A DNA stretch of 64,000 nucleotides, taken from positions 62,001 to 126,000 of the forward strand of contig NIVC01001874.1 in assembly GCA_002269645.1 (NCBI GenBank), given 5' to 3'. The DNA comes from Macrostomum lignano (Eukaryota). The first letter of the stretch is position 1; every line of letters begins with the position of its first letter. The position numbers and the translations under genes were made by a program. This document shows, in pieces, positions 13,536 to 26,900 of the stretch. Below the pieces are notes generated by a model. That model saw only the letters and a list, made by a program, of their open reading frames with translations, was not told the DNA's origin and did not search any database.

Positions 13536-14724
13536 ATTCTAATCCCTGCTCCTACAACTGCTTCCCTCTATTCCCATTCCTCTTTCACTTTCAGTATCTG
13601 TAGCACGAAAAGGCGCACAAATCAAGAGGCATTGACAGTCAATTTTGGTGCCATTCTGGTGCATTTATTGTTTGAATCTCCATCTCGATAATGCATGCAG
13701 CTCGAGTTAGTACTGCCAAGTCGGGAAAAGGACATAGTGAACTTTTTGAGTACAGTCACGACCAAGACGGAGCCGGATCGAAGGCGCCTTAGTTATCATT
13801 TCTGGATTCTGCAGACTCTATTTGATCGGAAGATCTTACGGTGTTTATCTTCCGTGTTTAGAGCAGAGCTCACCGTTTGACAGCCAAAACAGAAGGCCGC
13901 TCGCAAATCGTTGCAAATTTTGCTGGTTTTGACAGGATTTCCGGTCCCGTAATAGACTTTTGAATGGCACAAGTTTCCCGAGAATAGAGTTTAAAAATGC
14001 ATTAATAATGGACTATTAGGTTGCTGAACCGATTTAGGGAGATATTATTTGAATGGGGCTTCACCATAGAGCAGGGGTCGGCAAATTCCGCCCGGGATGC
14101 CTCTCTATCCGGCCCTCGGGTCCTTTGAAACTTAACAATAGTTTTGTGTCTCTTCTCAGCTCTCCTCTCCTCTCCTCTCCCCTCCTCTGGCCCTTGAGGT
14201 AAATATTTGCCTAAGTCAAGCAACACCCAACAATCAAGCAACACACTCTGCTTGCTTTCCGTCTCAGTAGCATTTCTTGATTTTTATTAACGGATTCTAA
14301 ATGTGTTCAGGTCCCCCGGTCTCAAATCATTTTTTGTTCTGCGTTTTAAGCTCTCTGATCAAATGCATTTCAATCAGCCTTGTTTGATTAATCATTTAGG
14401 AAATACATGGGAGATCAAGCTGTGTGCTAAGTGCTGTTTTTAAGCTTGCATTTTAGTCTTTTTTTTCATTAAATTCCGCATAAATTTAGCAGATCAAACC
14501 ATTTTTAATCTATTAGAATTCCAGATTCAGAATTTTCGCATTTTTATAACAATATCAAAGTTCCTTTCGTCCGGACAAAAAATTCATATGGCTTATACAC
14601 ATGTACGAGGACATTAGTAACTCTCCAACTTTCATTTGATAGCTCCTAGATCCCAATTCATCCTAGTTCTAGATCCTAGATTTATATTTTTATGTTTATG
14701 ATACCATACCCTACTACTAATTTC

Positions 14725-16425
14725 ATTTTAACGGCATTCAGAACCCAGTTTCAGACTCTTCAGAACCCAGTTTCATGCTATTCAGAACCCAGTTTCAGAC
14801 TCTTCAGGTTTCAGTTTAACGGCATTCAGAACCCACTTTCATGCTATTCAGGTTTCAGTTTAACGGCATTCAGAACCCAGTTTAATGCTATTCAGAACCC
14901 AGTTTCATGCTATTCAGAACCCAGTTTCATGCTATTCAGGTTTCAGTTTAACGGCATTCAGAACCCAGTTTAATGCTATTCAGAACCCAGTTTCATGCTA
15001 TTCAGAACCCAGTTTCATGCTATTCAGGTTTCAGTTTAACGGCATTCAGAACCCAGTTTAATGCTATTCAGAACCCAGTTTCATGCTATTCAGAACCCAG
15101 TTTCATGCTATTCAGGTTTCAGTTTAACGGCATTCAGAACCCAGTTTCATGCTCTTCAGAACCCAGTTTCAGACTCTTCGGGTTTCAGTTTAATGACATT
15201 CAGAACCCACTTTCATGCTATTCAGGTTTCAGTTTAATGACATTCAGAACCCAGTTTCATGCTATTCAGGTTTCAGTTTAATGACATTCAGAACCCACTT
15301 TCATGCTATTCAGGTTTCAGTTTAATGACATTCAGAACCCACTTTCATGCTATTCAGGTTTCAGTTTAATGACATTCAGAACCCAGTTTCATGCTATTCA
15401 GGTTTCAGTTTCATGCTCTTCAGAACCCAGTTTCAGACTCTTCGGGTTTCAGTTTAATGACATTCAGAACCCAGTTTCATGCTATTCAGGTTTCAGTTTA
15501 ACGGCATTCAGAACCCAGTTTCATGCTCTTCAGAACCCAGTTTCAGACTCTTCGGGTTTCAGTTTAATGACATTCAGAATCCACTTTCATGCTATTCAGG
15601 TTTCAGTTTAATGACATTCAGAACCCAGTTTCATGCTATTCAGGTTTCAGTTTCATGCTCTTCAGAACCCAGTTTCAGACTCTTCGGGTTTCAGTTTAAT
15701 GACATTCAGAACCCACTTTCATGCTATTCAGGTTTCAGTTTAATGACATTCAGAACCTAGTTTCATGCTATTCAGGTTTCAGTTTAACGGCATTCAGAAC
15801 CCAGTTTCATGCTCTTCAGAACCCAGTTTCAAACTCTTCAGGTTTCAGTTTAACGGCATTCAGAACCCAGTTTAATGCTATTCAGAACCCAGTTTCATGC
15901 TATTCAGAACCCACTTTCATGCTATTCAGGTTTCAGTTTAACGGCATTCAGAACCCAGTTTAATGCTATTCAGAACCCAGTTTCATGCTATTCAGAACCC
16001 AGTTTCATGCTATTCAGGTTTCAGTTTAACGGCATTCAGAACCCAGTTTAATGCTATTCAGAACCCAGTTTCATGCTATTCAGAACCCAGTTTCAGACTC
16101 TTCAGGTTTCAGTTTAACGGCATTCAGAACCCAGTTTAATGCTATTCAGAACCCAGTTTCAGACTCTTCGGGTTTCAGTTTAATGACATTCAGAACCCAG
16201 TTTCATGCTATTCAGGTTTCAGTTTAATGACATTCAGAACCCAGTTTCATGCTATTCAGGTTTCAGTTTAATGACATTCAGAACCCAGTTTCATGCTATT
16301 CAGGTTTCAGTTTAATGACATTCAGAACCCAGTTTCATGCTATTCAGGTTTCAGTTTAATGACATTCAGAACTTAGTTTCAGACTCTTCGGGTTTCAGTT
16401 TAATGACATTCAGAACCCAGTTTCA
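14725..16425. repeat. Composite minisatellite of related ~22-bp units (TTCAGAACCCAGTTTCATGCTA / TTCAGGTTTCAGTTTAACGGCA)
   Basis: Two unit types alternate in higher-order blocks. Confidence 0.95.
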
Positions 16426-17077
16426 TATCCTTCATCTTCACCTTTAGTTTTTTAGATTCTAGGTTGGATAGTTTTTGAGCATTTATTAAGGTTAAATGTG
16501 CAGCACCTGTATGCGTTCTGTGCATTCCGCATGAGAATCAGTACCCACTTTGCGTTGGCCAGCCTGCCTAGTTATTATCTGTCCTACCGGCAATTTTGTC
16601 CAGGAATCCCCTGTAAGCTGCAGCCAACAGGGTAATTACCATTCTAGTCAGCCTTGAGGCACCTGGCTCTGCCTGGCCTGGGATCAGCTTGTGTTTTTTT
16701 GCTCCTCGGCTGTACAGCCCGCCAGCTTGTTTGACAAAGAGCAGAGACAGAGAGAGAAAGAAGGAAGGCCAAATCGTGGACAGGCTAATCGCTGCGCGCC
16801 TTGAACTTGCGTGACCTCGCGAATCTGAGTGCATTATCTTTGCTGGGGCTTATCCGGTCAGTCTGTCACCGGTCTGTAAACACTGACCATCGGGCTGGGG
16901 ATTTATTGCCAGTTTGGTTTTGTTTTCCAGGAGTATAAAATGCTGCATCAATTTTAAAACTAAATGAAAAATTGATTATGCCTGCTGGATCACGAGATTC
17001 GCTTATCCGATCTTAACAATCTTCTGTCAGAAATGCTGCGCCGTAAGAATTAATGGTTTGAATTGGTAGATTGTGTA

Positions 17078-18290
17078 TGTGGTCATGGAACTCAAGGTCA
17101 TGTATGTAGGTCACGGGATTCAAGGTCATGTGTGTAGGTCACGGGATTCAAGGTCAGGTCATGTATGTAGGTCATGGGACTCAAGGTCATGTATGTAGAT
17201 CACGGGATTCAAGGTCATGTGTGTAGGTCAAGGGATTCAAGGTCATGTATGTAGGTCACGGGATTCAAGGTCATGTATGTAGGTCATGGGACTCAAGGTC
17301 ATGTATGTAGGTCACGGGATTCAAGGTCATGTGTGTAGGTCAAGGGATTCAAGGTCATGTATGTAGGTCACGGGATTCAAGGTCATGTGTGTAGGTCATG
17401 GGATTCAAGGTCATGTATGTAGGTCACGGGATTCAAGGTCATGTGTGTAGGTCAAGGGATTCAAGGTCATGTATGTAGGTCACGGGATTCAAGGTCATGT
17501 GTGTAGGTCATGGGACTCAAGGTCATGTATGTAGGTCACGGGATTCAAGGTCATGTGTGTAGGTCAAGGGATTCAAGGTCAGGTCATGTATGTAGGTCAC
17601 GGGATTCAAGGTCATGTGTGTAGGTCATGGGATTCAAGGCCATGTATGTAGGTCATGGGATTCAAGGTCAGGTCATGTATGTAGGTCACGGGATTCAAGG
17701 TCATGTGTGTAGGTCAAGGGATTCAAGGCCATGTATGTAGGTCATGGGATTCAAGGTCAGGTCATGTATGTAGGTCACGGGATTCAAGGTCATGTGTGTA
17801 GGTCAAGGGATTCAAGGCCATGTGTGTAGGTCATGGGATTCAAGGTCATGTGTGTAGGTCATGGGATTCAAGGCCATGTATGTAGGTCATGGGATTCAAC
17901 GTCAGGTTATGTATGTAGGTCACGGGATTCAAGGTCATGTGTGTAGGTCAAGGGATTCAAGGCCATGTATGTAGGTCACGGGATTCAAGGTCATGTGTGT
18001 AGGTCATGGGATTCAAGGCCATGTATGTAGGTCATGGGATTCAAGGTCAGGTCATGTATGTAGGTCACGGGATTCAAGGTCATGTGTGTAGGTCAAGGGA
18101 TTCAAGGCCATGTATGTAGGTCATGGGATTCAAGGTCATGTGTGTAGGTCATGGGATTCAAGGCCATGTATGTAGGTCATGGGATTCAAGGTCAGGTCAT
18201 GTATGTAGGTCACGGGATTTCAGGTCATGTAGATCATGGCGTTTAGATTCATCTAAGTCAAGGAATTCAAGGTCATGTAGGTCATGGGGT
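17078..18290. repeat. Minisatellite, 28-bp unit GGTCATGTATGTAGGTCACGGGATTCAA
   Basis: About 40 copies, some with a GGTCA insertion. Confidence 0.96.
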
Positions 18291-18494
18291 TCAGGATTTG
18301 AATCATGGGATACTAGATCAGTCCCTGTAATCTTGCATCGGGATAAAATTAATCAATTGTACTTAGTTTGACAATTTTTGTGTACAATATGCAGTATTGT
18401 GTACAATATCGCACCTTGTCGCACCTTTGCTTTGCTGGTTATCAATTTCTCCCTTCTTATTGTGAGTGTACTATGCATAATTTGCAGTTACAAC

Positions 18495-18680
18495 CTTTAC
18501 ACCTATCTACTCTAATCCCTGGACTCTTAAACCTTTCTTACCTTTCTATTAAATCCCTTTACTTTTACACGCTTCTACTCTAATCCCTGCACTTTTACAC
18601 CTTTCTACTCTAATCCCTGCACTTTTACACCTTTCTACTCTAATCCCTGCACTTTTACACCCTTCTACTCTAATCCCTGT
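18495..18680. repeat. Short 30-bp minisatellite CTTTTACACCTTTCTACTCTAATCCCTGCA
   Basis: About 5-6 copies. Confidence 0.85.
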
Positions 18681-19310
18681 CCTGTCGCAGGTTCTGTACT
18701 AGTTAGCACGCTACTGGTATTACAATGACTGACACTGAATGAATGAATCGCATTGTTGAACTTTTCAGTTTCTACACTCTTTATTATTTCTATTGCTACT
18801 GTGCCTCTTCCTTGATCCCATTTTTTCGATTTCCTTTCAACTGCATTTCGGCACCAATTGTTGCTTGCTGTGTTTACGAGACTGCCCTATTGTGTAGAGA
18901 TGTATGGACGGTACATGTATATATTTCCACCAAATGTAACTCTGACACTGATAGATCAACTATGCTACACATTTATGTTGCTAGTGTAAAATAATTTTCT
19001 ATTGTCCGTAGCGATGCTTTGCTCAAGTTGACGCGAAGGTCGAACACGTACGCAACAATGAAATGAAATTTTCAGAAATAAAGCATTTCGAAACTCAAAG
19101 AACTACAAATTTACAAACGAACGAAGGGGTGCTAAAATGAAAATGAAAACAAAGCGTCCGTTGCTATTTTTTAATGGAACAATTATCATGCCGTTCAGTA
19201 AGGTTCGACGGAAACTAGAACGAGCCGTCCGCTCTGTTTCACCACAAAGTGGCTGCTTCACTGCTCACACGGTCGGTGGAATGCAAAGTCACAGTGTCTT
19301 TGGTCTAGCC

Positions 19311-20506
19311 TCAACCGTTCAAGGCTAAGCTCTCTTGAGTCTCGCTTGGCCCAACGCCGCCAGCGCGTACCATCGGCTGCAGCAGGTAGCCGCCGTCTCT
19401 GTCGCCTCCTCGGCCGGCTCTGCCGCAGCAGCAGCAGCAACTAAAGTGGCCGCTACCGCTGCTGTGTCGGCAGTTCCTCTGGTAGACTCTGGCGTGCAGG
19501 CAGCAGCCAGTCACCATGCCGATGATGCACACGGATGCCGGCACAGTGAGCAGTATTACTGACGGGTGAATCGGAAAGTTGAACTTTTTCGGCAAAAGGT
19601 TCACGGCGGTGACTATTAATACAGCTAATACGGCCGCGCTGATCCACAGGTAGCGATGGGCGACCACCAACTCTTCACGGTCGCTGTCGGACAGCTGCAC
19701 GGACGAATCGCCGACTCGCAGGCATCGCAGCGCCGATCGGCCGGTGGACACGATTGCCTGATTTTATAAACGGGTTGTTTTTGCAAAGATTACTAAAAAG
19801 AAGCTTTTCTTCTTGAGTCAGGCGGTTCGGTCAAGTTGTGAAGGCAGCCTCCTGAGATGCTCTTGTTGGTCAGTCATGCTATGGAGACACCCGCCTGAGA
19901 TGCTCTTGTTTGTCAGTCATTCTATGGAGACACCCTCCTGAGATGCTCTTGTTTGTCAGTCATTCTATGAAGACACCCGCCTGAGATGCTCTTGTTTGTC
20001 AGTCATTCTATGGAGACACCCGCCTGAGAAGCTCTTGTTTGTCAGTCATTCTATGGAGACACCCGCCTGAGAAGCTCTTGTTTGTCAGTCATTCTATGGA
20101 GACACCCGCCTGAGATGCTCTTGTTTGTCAGTCATTCTATGGAGACACCTTCCTGAGATGCTCTTGTTTGTCAGTCATTCTATGGAGACACCCGCCTGAG
20201 ATGCTTTTGTTGGTCAGTCATGCTATGGAGACACCTTCCTGAGATGCTTTTGTTGGTCAGTCATGCTATGGAGACACCCGCCTGAGATGCTTTTGTTGGT
20301 CAGTCATGCTATGGAGACACCTTCCTGAGATGCTTTTGTTTGTCAGTCATGCTATGGAGACACCTTCCTGAGATGCTTTTGTTGGTCAGTCATGCTATGG
20401 AGACACCCGCGCAACTCACCGAGCGCAGTCTACTAGTATGCTTTTGACTCTCAACATCCAGAGTTTCCTTCTGTTTGTCCTGAGCTGAATTGTTTACCGG
20501 CAGCAT
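19311..20506 (-). CDS. Uncharacterised two-transmembrane protein, ~177 aa: complement(join(19311..19757,20420..20506))
   Basis: ATG at 20506 opens a 29-codon exon ending at a GTGAGT donor (20419). An in-phase ATCAG acceptor at 19758 continues into the GC-rich ORF with two hydrophobic segments (YLWISAAVLAVLIVTAVNLL; PSVILLTVPASVCIIGMVTGCCL) and a Cys-rich tail. Confidence 0.65.
19850..20410. repeat. Intronic minisatellite, 43-bp unit CCTGAGATGCTCTTGTTTGTCAGTCATTCTATGGAGACACCCG
   Basis: About 13 copies filling most of the 2-TM gene intron. Confidence 0.96.
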
Positions 20507-21214
20507 TGCTACAGTTCTTAGCTACAATGGAGCAGTGGGAAGTGCGTTCTGATTGTTTAGCAGCGATTCTTCAGGCAGGCAGGTTTAAAACAGCATTTTT
20601 AGGAATTTTTATACCCCCTCTCGCAGCCTCCCGGCTCCATCATCCCTTCTCCTCGCACATAGCTCGGATGCGGGATAATTCTCCCTTTTCGGCATTGCGC
20701 ATGCAATCCAGGCCGCCCGCAGCCAATGCCTCGGCTTGTGACGTAAATCGGCAAAAAAAGCACTGTGGCCAATGAATGCTGGAGTCAGTCAGCTGTTTCA
20801 GTACGATCGCGCATTCTGTTCGCTTTTATCCTTTCTGCAGTGTTTTCCCGTGTGTATACTGCCTGCGTGATTTTAATGCGGGCTTGAGCTTCTCGAGTTA
20901 CTCTGTCTCTCGCTTTTTGGGCTGTTGTATCTCTATGGCGAGATGTATCTTTCCGCAGTGGCTTCTCAGACTCACTTGCTGAGCCAACGCAGCTGCAGAC
21001 TGGACTGCGTTACTAGCTATCTTTGACGGAAATTACCCCGTATCCGAGATCCGGGGGCATGCGGGCTCGAAGATGTAGCCAAGATATATATTTTGTGTAC
21101 TTTGCAAATTGTAAACTTCGTTTTATCATTGCATATATCTTATGTGGTACCAGCTGTAAATTACGAGGCATTAATTAGTCAAGGAGACCGGCATTATACA
21201 TTATTAGACATTAG

Positions 21215-21470
21215 AATTCCAGCTTCACATGACAAGAATTCCAGCTTCGCATGGCATTAAAGTTCCAGTTCCAGTTACGTGACAAGAATTCCATTTTCGC
21301 ATGACATAAAAATCCCCCATTTTCACAGGACATAGGAATTCCATTTACACAGGACATTAGACTTCCAGCTTCACATGACATAAGAATCCCATCTTCACCT
21401 GACATAAGAATTCCAGCTTCACATGATGTTAAAATTCCAGTTTCACATAACATTAGAATTCTACTAGTTT
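21215..21470. repeat. Old degenerate ~30-bp tandem repeat (AGAATTCCAGCTTCACATGAC core)
   Basis: Recurring diverged core motif. Confidence 0.7.
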
Positions 21471-21967
21471 CATGCATTCAGCATTGCGTGGACTGCTGAG
21501 CACTAATAAAATTAGTTTTAGCTACGCAATTCTTTATAACCCTGAGCTGTAAATACACCATTATTACGTCGTAGGACTGTAAACAGAATTTTCCCTAATG
21601 GCACAGTGTATAGTTTAATATCTGCATCTTATGATCAGGGGAGGAGTCTATTTTATTTGGCCATCCGCCCTGACCGACCGACTCTTTGTCAAAGAGAAGA
21701 AGGTTCTTGCCTATTTTCTTTCTGGGCCCGGTCGTTAGCCACGTGCGGTTTAATTATCCGCCCCCTCTTTGATGATGCTTAAGAGACTGTCATAAATCAT
21801 TATTTTAATAGGGCAGTAATTGCTTTATTTATGCTCTCGCTCAACCAGCCTCCTTTCGTCTGCGAGCACGTTTTATTATTATAGAATGGCGGGTCATTGC
21901 TCTCTGTTTGTGTGTAGATTTTACTCATCTTTAGTTTTTATTTTTATACTTTCCTGTTTCGAAATCT

Positions 21968-22435
21968 TTCACCTGTCAGTAGAAATCGCCTCCCAGAATA
22001 TCGCCCTTCACCTGTCAGTAGGAAGCGCCTCCCAGAATATCGCCCTTCACCTGTCAGTAGAAATCGCCTCCCAGAATATCGCCCTTCACCTGTCAGTAGG
22101 AAGCGCCTCCCAGAATATCTCGCTTCACCTGTCAGTAGGAATCGCCTCCCAGAATATCGCCCTTCACCTGTCAGTAGGAATCGCCTCCCAGAATATCGCC
22201 CTTCACCTGTCAGTAGGAATCGCCTCCCAGAATATCGCCCTTCACCTGTCAGTAGGAAGCGCCTCCCAGAATATCGCCCTTCACCTGTCAGTAGGAAGCG
22301 CCTCCCAGAATATCGCCCTTCACCTGTCAGTAGGAAGCGCCTCCCAGAATATCGCCCTTCACCTGTCAGTAGGAAGCGCCTCCCAGAATATCGCCCTTCA
22401 CCTGTCAGTAGGAATCGCCTGCCAGAATATCGCCA
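21968..22435. repeat. Minisatellite, 39-bp unit TTCACCTGTCAGTAGGAATCGCCTCCCAGAATATCGCCC
   Basis: About 12 copies. Confidence 0.96.
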
Positions 22436-22769
22436 TATAGCTAGCTTACCACTAAAAATCGACTTCAGCTCACGAAGCTGTCTGTTTTCATTCTTTTTTC
22501 ACCGTCATATAAATTTTCCACAAATGTTATTTTAATTTTGTATATAAACCTTTCATCGCCGGCCATGTGAACGCTTTTGCATTGAAATGATAAAAAATAG
22601 ACTTGAATTATTCATTAGTGTTCGACTGTAAAATCCGGGCAATCTGGCCCAATGGGTAAAGGGGTGATAATGGACCAATGCGATCAAGGATTAGCAAGCT
22701 ATGCGAGTGCCAAGCCATGCAGATGCATTGCTGACAGATAGAATTAATCTGACACTAGGTCGGGCATTT

Positions 22770-22932
22770 GCGCTGAATCCAGCATATTTCCTTGCATCAT
22801 TCCGCACTGAATCCAGCATATTTCCTTGCGTCATTCCGCACTGAATCCAGCATATTTCCTTGCGTCATTCCGCACTGAATCCAGCATATTTCCTTGCGTC
22901 ATTCCGCACTGAATCCAGCATATTTCCTTGCG
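22770..22932. repeat. Minisatellite, 34-bp unit GCACTGAATCCAGCATATTTCCTTGCGTCATTCC
   Basis: About 4.5 copies. Confidence 0.92.
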
Positions 22933-23943
22933 CCACTTTGTGCTAAATGCACACCCCATCTTTGATAAAGATACACTATTAAAATCTTTTCCACTTGAAA
23001 TAATCGCACTCTTACGAGCTATCACCTTTTAAATATTCCTCGTGACGAAATTTATCACTAAACTCTTTGTTCGTCCCGAGCTTAAGGGAACTGCAAAGGA
23101 AAACGGTTTAGCAAATGTTTTTGCGTGATGCAAAACGCTGTGACGTATTTGTGTTCGTGTCTACCTGCTGCATTAGATGAGGGGTTTAATTGTGGGGGAT
23201 GGGGGAAGGAATAGTAGATAGCTTTCTCCTGCACTACAGCGGCTGTGTGAGGATGAATGAGGGCACTATGTCTGACTGCCCTTTCATTAACCAGCTGGTT
23301 CAGCATCGCGTCTTCTGTCTTGCACTGGACGGGTCGTGACGTCGCACAATAAGCGATCCTTTGTCACGTGCGTCTGTAGCTGTTTCTTTGACACCCCTGC
23401 ACTGTATGGATGCCACTGCGTGCTGTATTCAATTTGGTCTTTTCGTTTCTATAAATATATTTTTGAGTCTTGTAGCTGACGGGTGTCCTAATTATCAAAT
23501 ACGTTTCTTCTACTCTTAGTCTTAGGTGCTCGCTAGGGACACCGCGCTCGTCAGAGACGGGGTTGGTTGCTAATTGCAACTGTTGCAATAAAAATGCAAA
23601 AATACCAAGTCGCTTGCTGGCTACTTCCTTAACAGATTGTTGTATCGCAAATTAATCTATTCGGATCCTTATCCTGACTTTTTTGGACCATGGATTGTTT
23701 ACACTAGCAACTGCTTGAGACCAGCTCAACTAGCTCAACTAAATGATAACTGAATTAAATGCAATCACTTCACAACATGAAATGTCAATGGTTAAGTCAT
23801 GATAGTGTGGCAACTTCCGATCTCCTTTTCTTGCTTGACATTTCTGTTTGCCAGTCAGCACTCAGGCTTATTAGCTCAAGCATCATTAGTAACCCGCTAG
23901 TCCATTTGCCTCTAGTGCAAATAGCAATTAACTCCTCCCTCAG

Positions 23944-26900
23944 GCTGCCCCGGCCTGGACCGCCGGCCTTCTAGCGGTGCTGCTGCACCTGCTGCTATTC
24001 TACTCCATATTTGACATCTACTTCACCTCCGAGCTGGTCAAGTCCCGATCGTTTGTTCAACTGCGCACCGCCGAATCGCCCTATCCCGCCGGGGCGGACT
24101 CGGGGGCGGATGCCGGCGCGGCAACAGCCAAGCGCCTAGTCCTGTTCGTAGCTGACGGCATTCGGGCCGACAAAGTGTTTGGCAACCTGGACGCGATGCC
24201 GTTTTTAAAGTAGGATTTTTCTTCGTTGCTTGTGCTTTATCGTTGTATTTTCTCTACTGTTAGTAGTTTATTAATAACTTTAAACTAATACAGAGGAATT
24301 CGGCTTGAGAATTGTTTTCAAATGAGTCGATGTAGACTAGTAATAACTAGATGGGACCAGTCAGCATATTTGCGCATAAGCTACTTCCAGTTCAGTAGGC
24401 AGTTTAACTGGACGCATTTTAACGTATTTTAAGACGATACTCATTTATTGGCCCTCTGACCCCCCCACCCCCAGCCGCTCGGTTTTATTACCCTCGTCGG
24501 TGTTCCAGTCTAAAGCTGGCATGTACATTCTCAGTGGCTCTGGCTGGCTAATGTACATTACAGCTGCACGAATAGCCAGTTGTGTTGGCGTCTGTGAGTC
24601 ACTCCAACTGCCTGTCTTTTTACAAAATAGCTGACGCATTCTGCCTTGCTACTGAGCTGAAAGTAGAGACACAGTTTTAGCCAATATGGCTGAGTGGCCC
24701 ATCCAGTTGTTATAGTATTTGAGGTTGTACCGGAAGGACTGTCTACAGAAGACGACTGGTTTGTCCAGGACTGCGGGTTGTAAAAGAACTTTTGGTACTT
24801 TATAAAAAAACTGTAGTAAGTTTTTTGTTTTTAGCTGCAAAAATTGACACCTTGTTCTGTGCAGAGTACATCCACAGGAAACCAATGTGCTGTGCTTGGT
24901 CCGAAGAGCAGAGGCAGTTTGACAAGTTTATTGGCAGAAACTGGCAAAGGAAATTGCAGCTCTTTCTAACTCTCCACAGTTTACTTTTTAAAGCAGTTTT
25001 TTCTGCTCCGCGAAAAACCGCATATTAGAAAAAACACCAAATCGGGAAATCTTAGGCTTTAAAATATTTTTAATATCGATTATTTTGACGACTCAATTTT
25101 AATGGAGTTTTATAGCCCTGACTTTCTAATTTTTTCATCACCCCGTGACTGCATGTACTCTTACCCCCGGATCTCATCACCCCGTGACTGCATGTACTCT
25201 TACCCCCGGATCTCATCACCCCGTGACTGCATGTACTCTTACCCCCGGATCTCATCACCCCGTGACTGCATGTACTCTTACCCCCGGATTTCATCACGCC
25301 CCGTGACTGCATGTACTCTTACCCCCGGATCTCATCACCCCGTGACTGCATGTACTCTTACCCCCGGATTTCATCACCCCCGTGACTGCATGTACTCTTA
25401 CCCCCGGATCTCATCACCCCGTGACTGCATGTACTCTTACCCCCTGATTTCATCACCCCGTGACTGCATGTACTCTTACCCCCGGATTTCATCACTCCGT
25501 GACTGCATGTACTCTTAACCCCTGATTCCATCACACCCCGTGACTGCATGTACTCTTACCCCCGGATCTCATCACCCCGTGACTGCATGTACTCTTACCC
25601 CCGGATTTCATCACCCCGTGACTGCATGTACTCTTACCCCGGATCTCATCACCCCGTGACTGCATGTACTCTTACCCCCGGATTTCATCACCGACCCCCG
25701 CAGAGGCGTGCTGCGCCGCTCCGGCTCGTGGGGCCTGTCGCACACCCGGGTGCCGACCGAATCGCGGCCGGGTCACGTGGCCATCATTGCCGGCTTTTAC
25801 GAAGACGTGGCCTCCGTGACTAAGGGTGAGCGGGGTCTCTGGCCTGCGATGCGGGTTAGTTGATAATGGCATCACTAAGGTGTCAGAATGGTGTGCCATT
25901 TTAGTTCAATAGTCTCCTAAGTCTTCACTAAACTAACAGTCCGACATACGGCCCTGAACAGTCCTGAACATCCGCCCTGAACATTCGCCCTGAACATCCG
26001 CCCTGAACATCCGCCCTAAACATCAGCCCTGAACATCCGCCCTGAACATCCGCCCTGAACATCAACCCTGAACATCAGCCCTGATCATCATCCCTAAACA
26101 CCAACTATGATCATCATCCCTAAACACCAACTATGATCATCAGCCCTAAACACCAACTATGATCATCAGCCCTAAACACCAACCATGATCATCAGCCCTA
26201 AACACCAACCATGATCATCAGCCCTAAACACCAACTATGATCATTATCCCTAAACACCAACCATGATCATCAGCCCTAAACACCAACTATGATCATCAGC
26301 CCTAAACACCAACCATGATCATCAGCCCTAAACACCAACTATGATCATTATCCCTAAACACCAACCATGATCATCATCCCTAAACACCAACCATGATCAT
26401 CATCCCTAAACACCAACTATGATCATCAGCCCTAAACACCAACCATGATCATCAGCCCTAAACACCAACTATGATCATCAGCCCTAAACACCAACTATGA
26501 TCATTATCCCTAAACACCAACCATGATCATCAGCCCTAAACACCAACTATGATCATTATCCCTAAACACCAACCATGATCATCATCCCTAAACACCAACC
26601 ATGATCATCATCCCTAAACACCAACTATGATCATCATCCCTAAACACCAACTATGATCATCAGCCCTAAACACCAACTATGATCATCAGCCCTAAACACC
26701 AACCATGATCATCAGCCCTAAACACCAACCATGATCATCAGCCCTAAACACCAACTATGATCATTATCCCTAAACACCAACCATGATCATCAGCCCTAAA
26801 CACCAACTATGATCATCAGCCCTAAACACCAACCATGATCATCAGCCCTAAACACCAACTATGATCATCAGCCCTAAACACCAACCATGATCATCAGCCC

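Noticed and set aside
10462-13536. Pro/Gly-rich and Ser/Leu/Tyr-rich ORFs up to 465 aa
   Set aside because: They coincide with minisatellites and are open in several frames; no splice or domain support.
14069-14130. CAGGGGTCGGCAAA hAT-like terminus
   Set aside because: No matching second end or TSD found.
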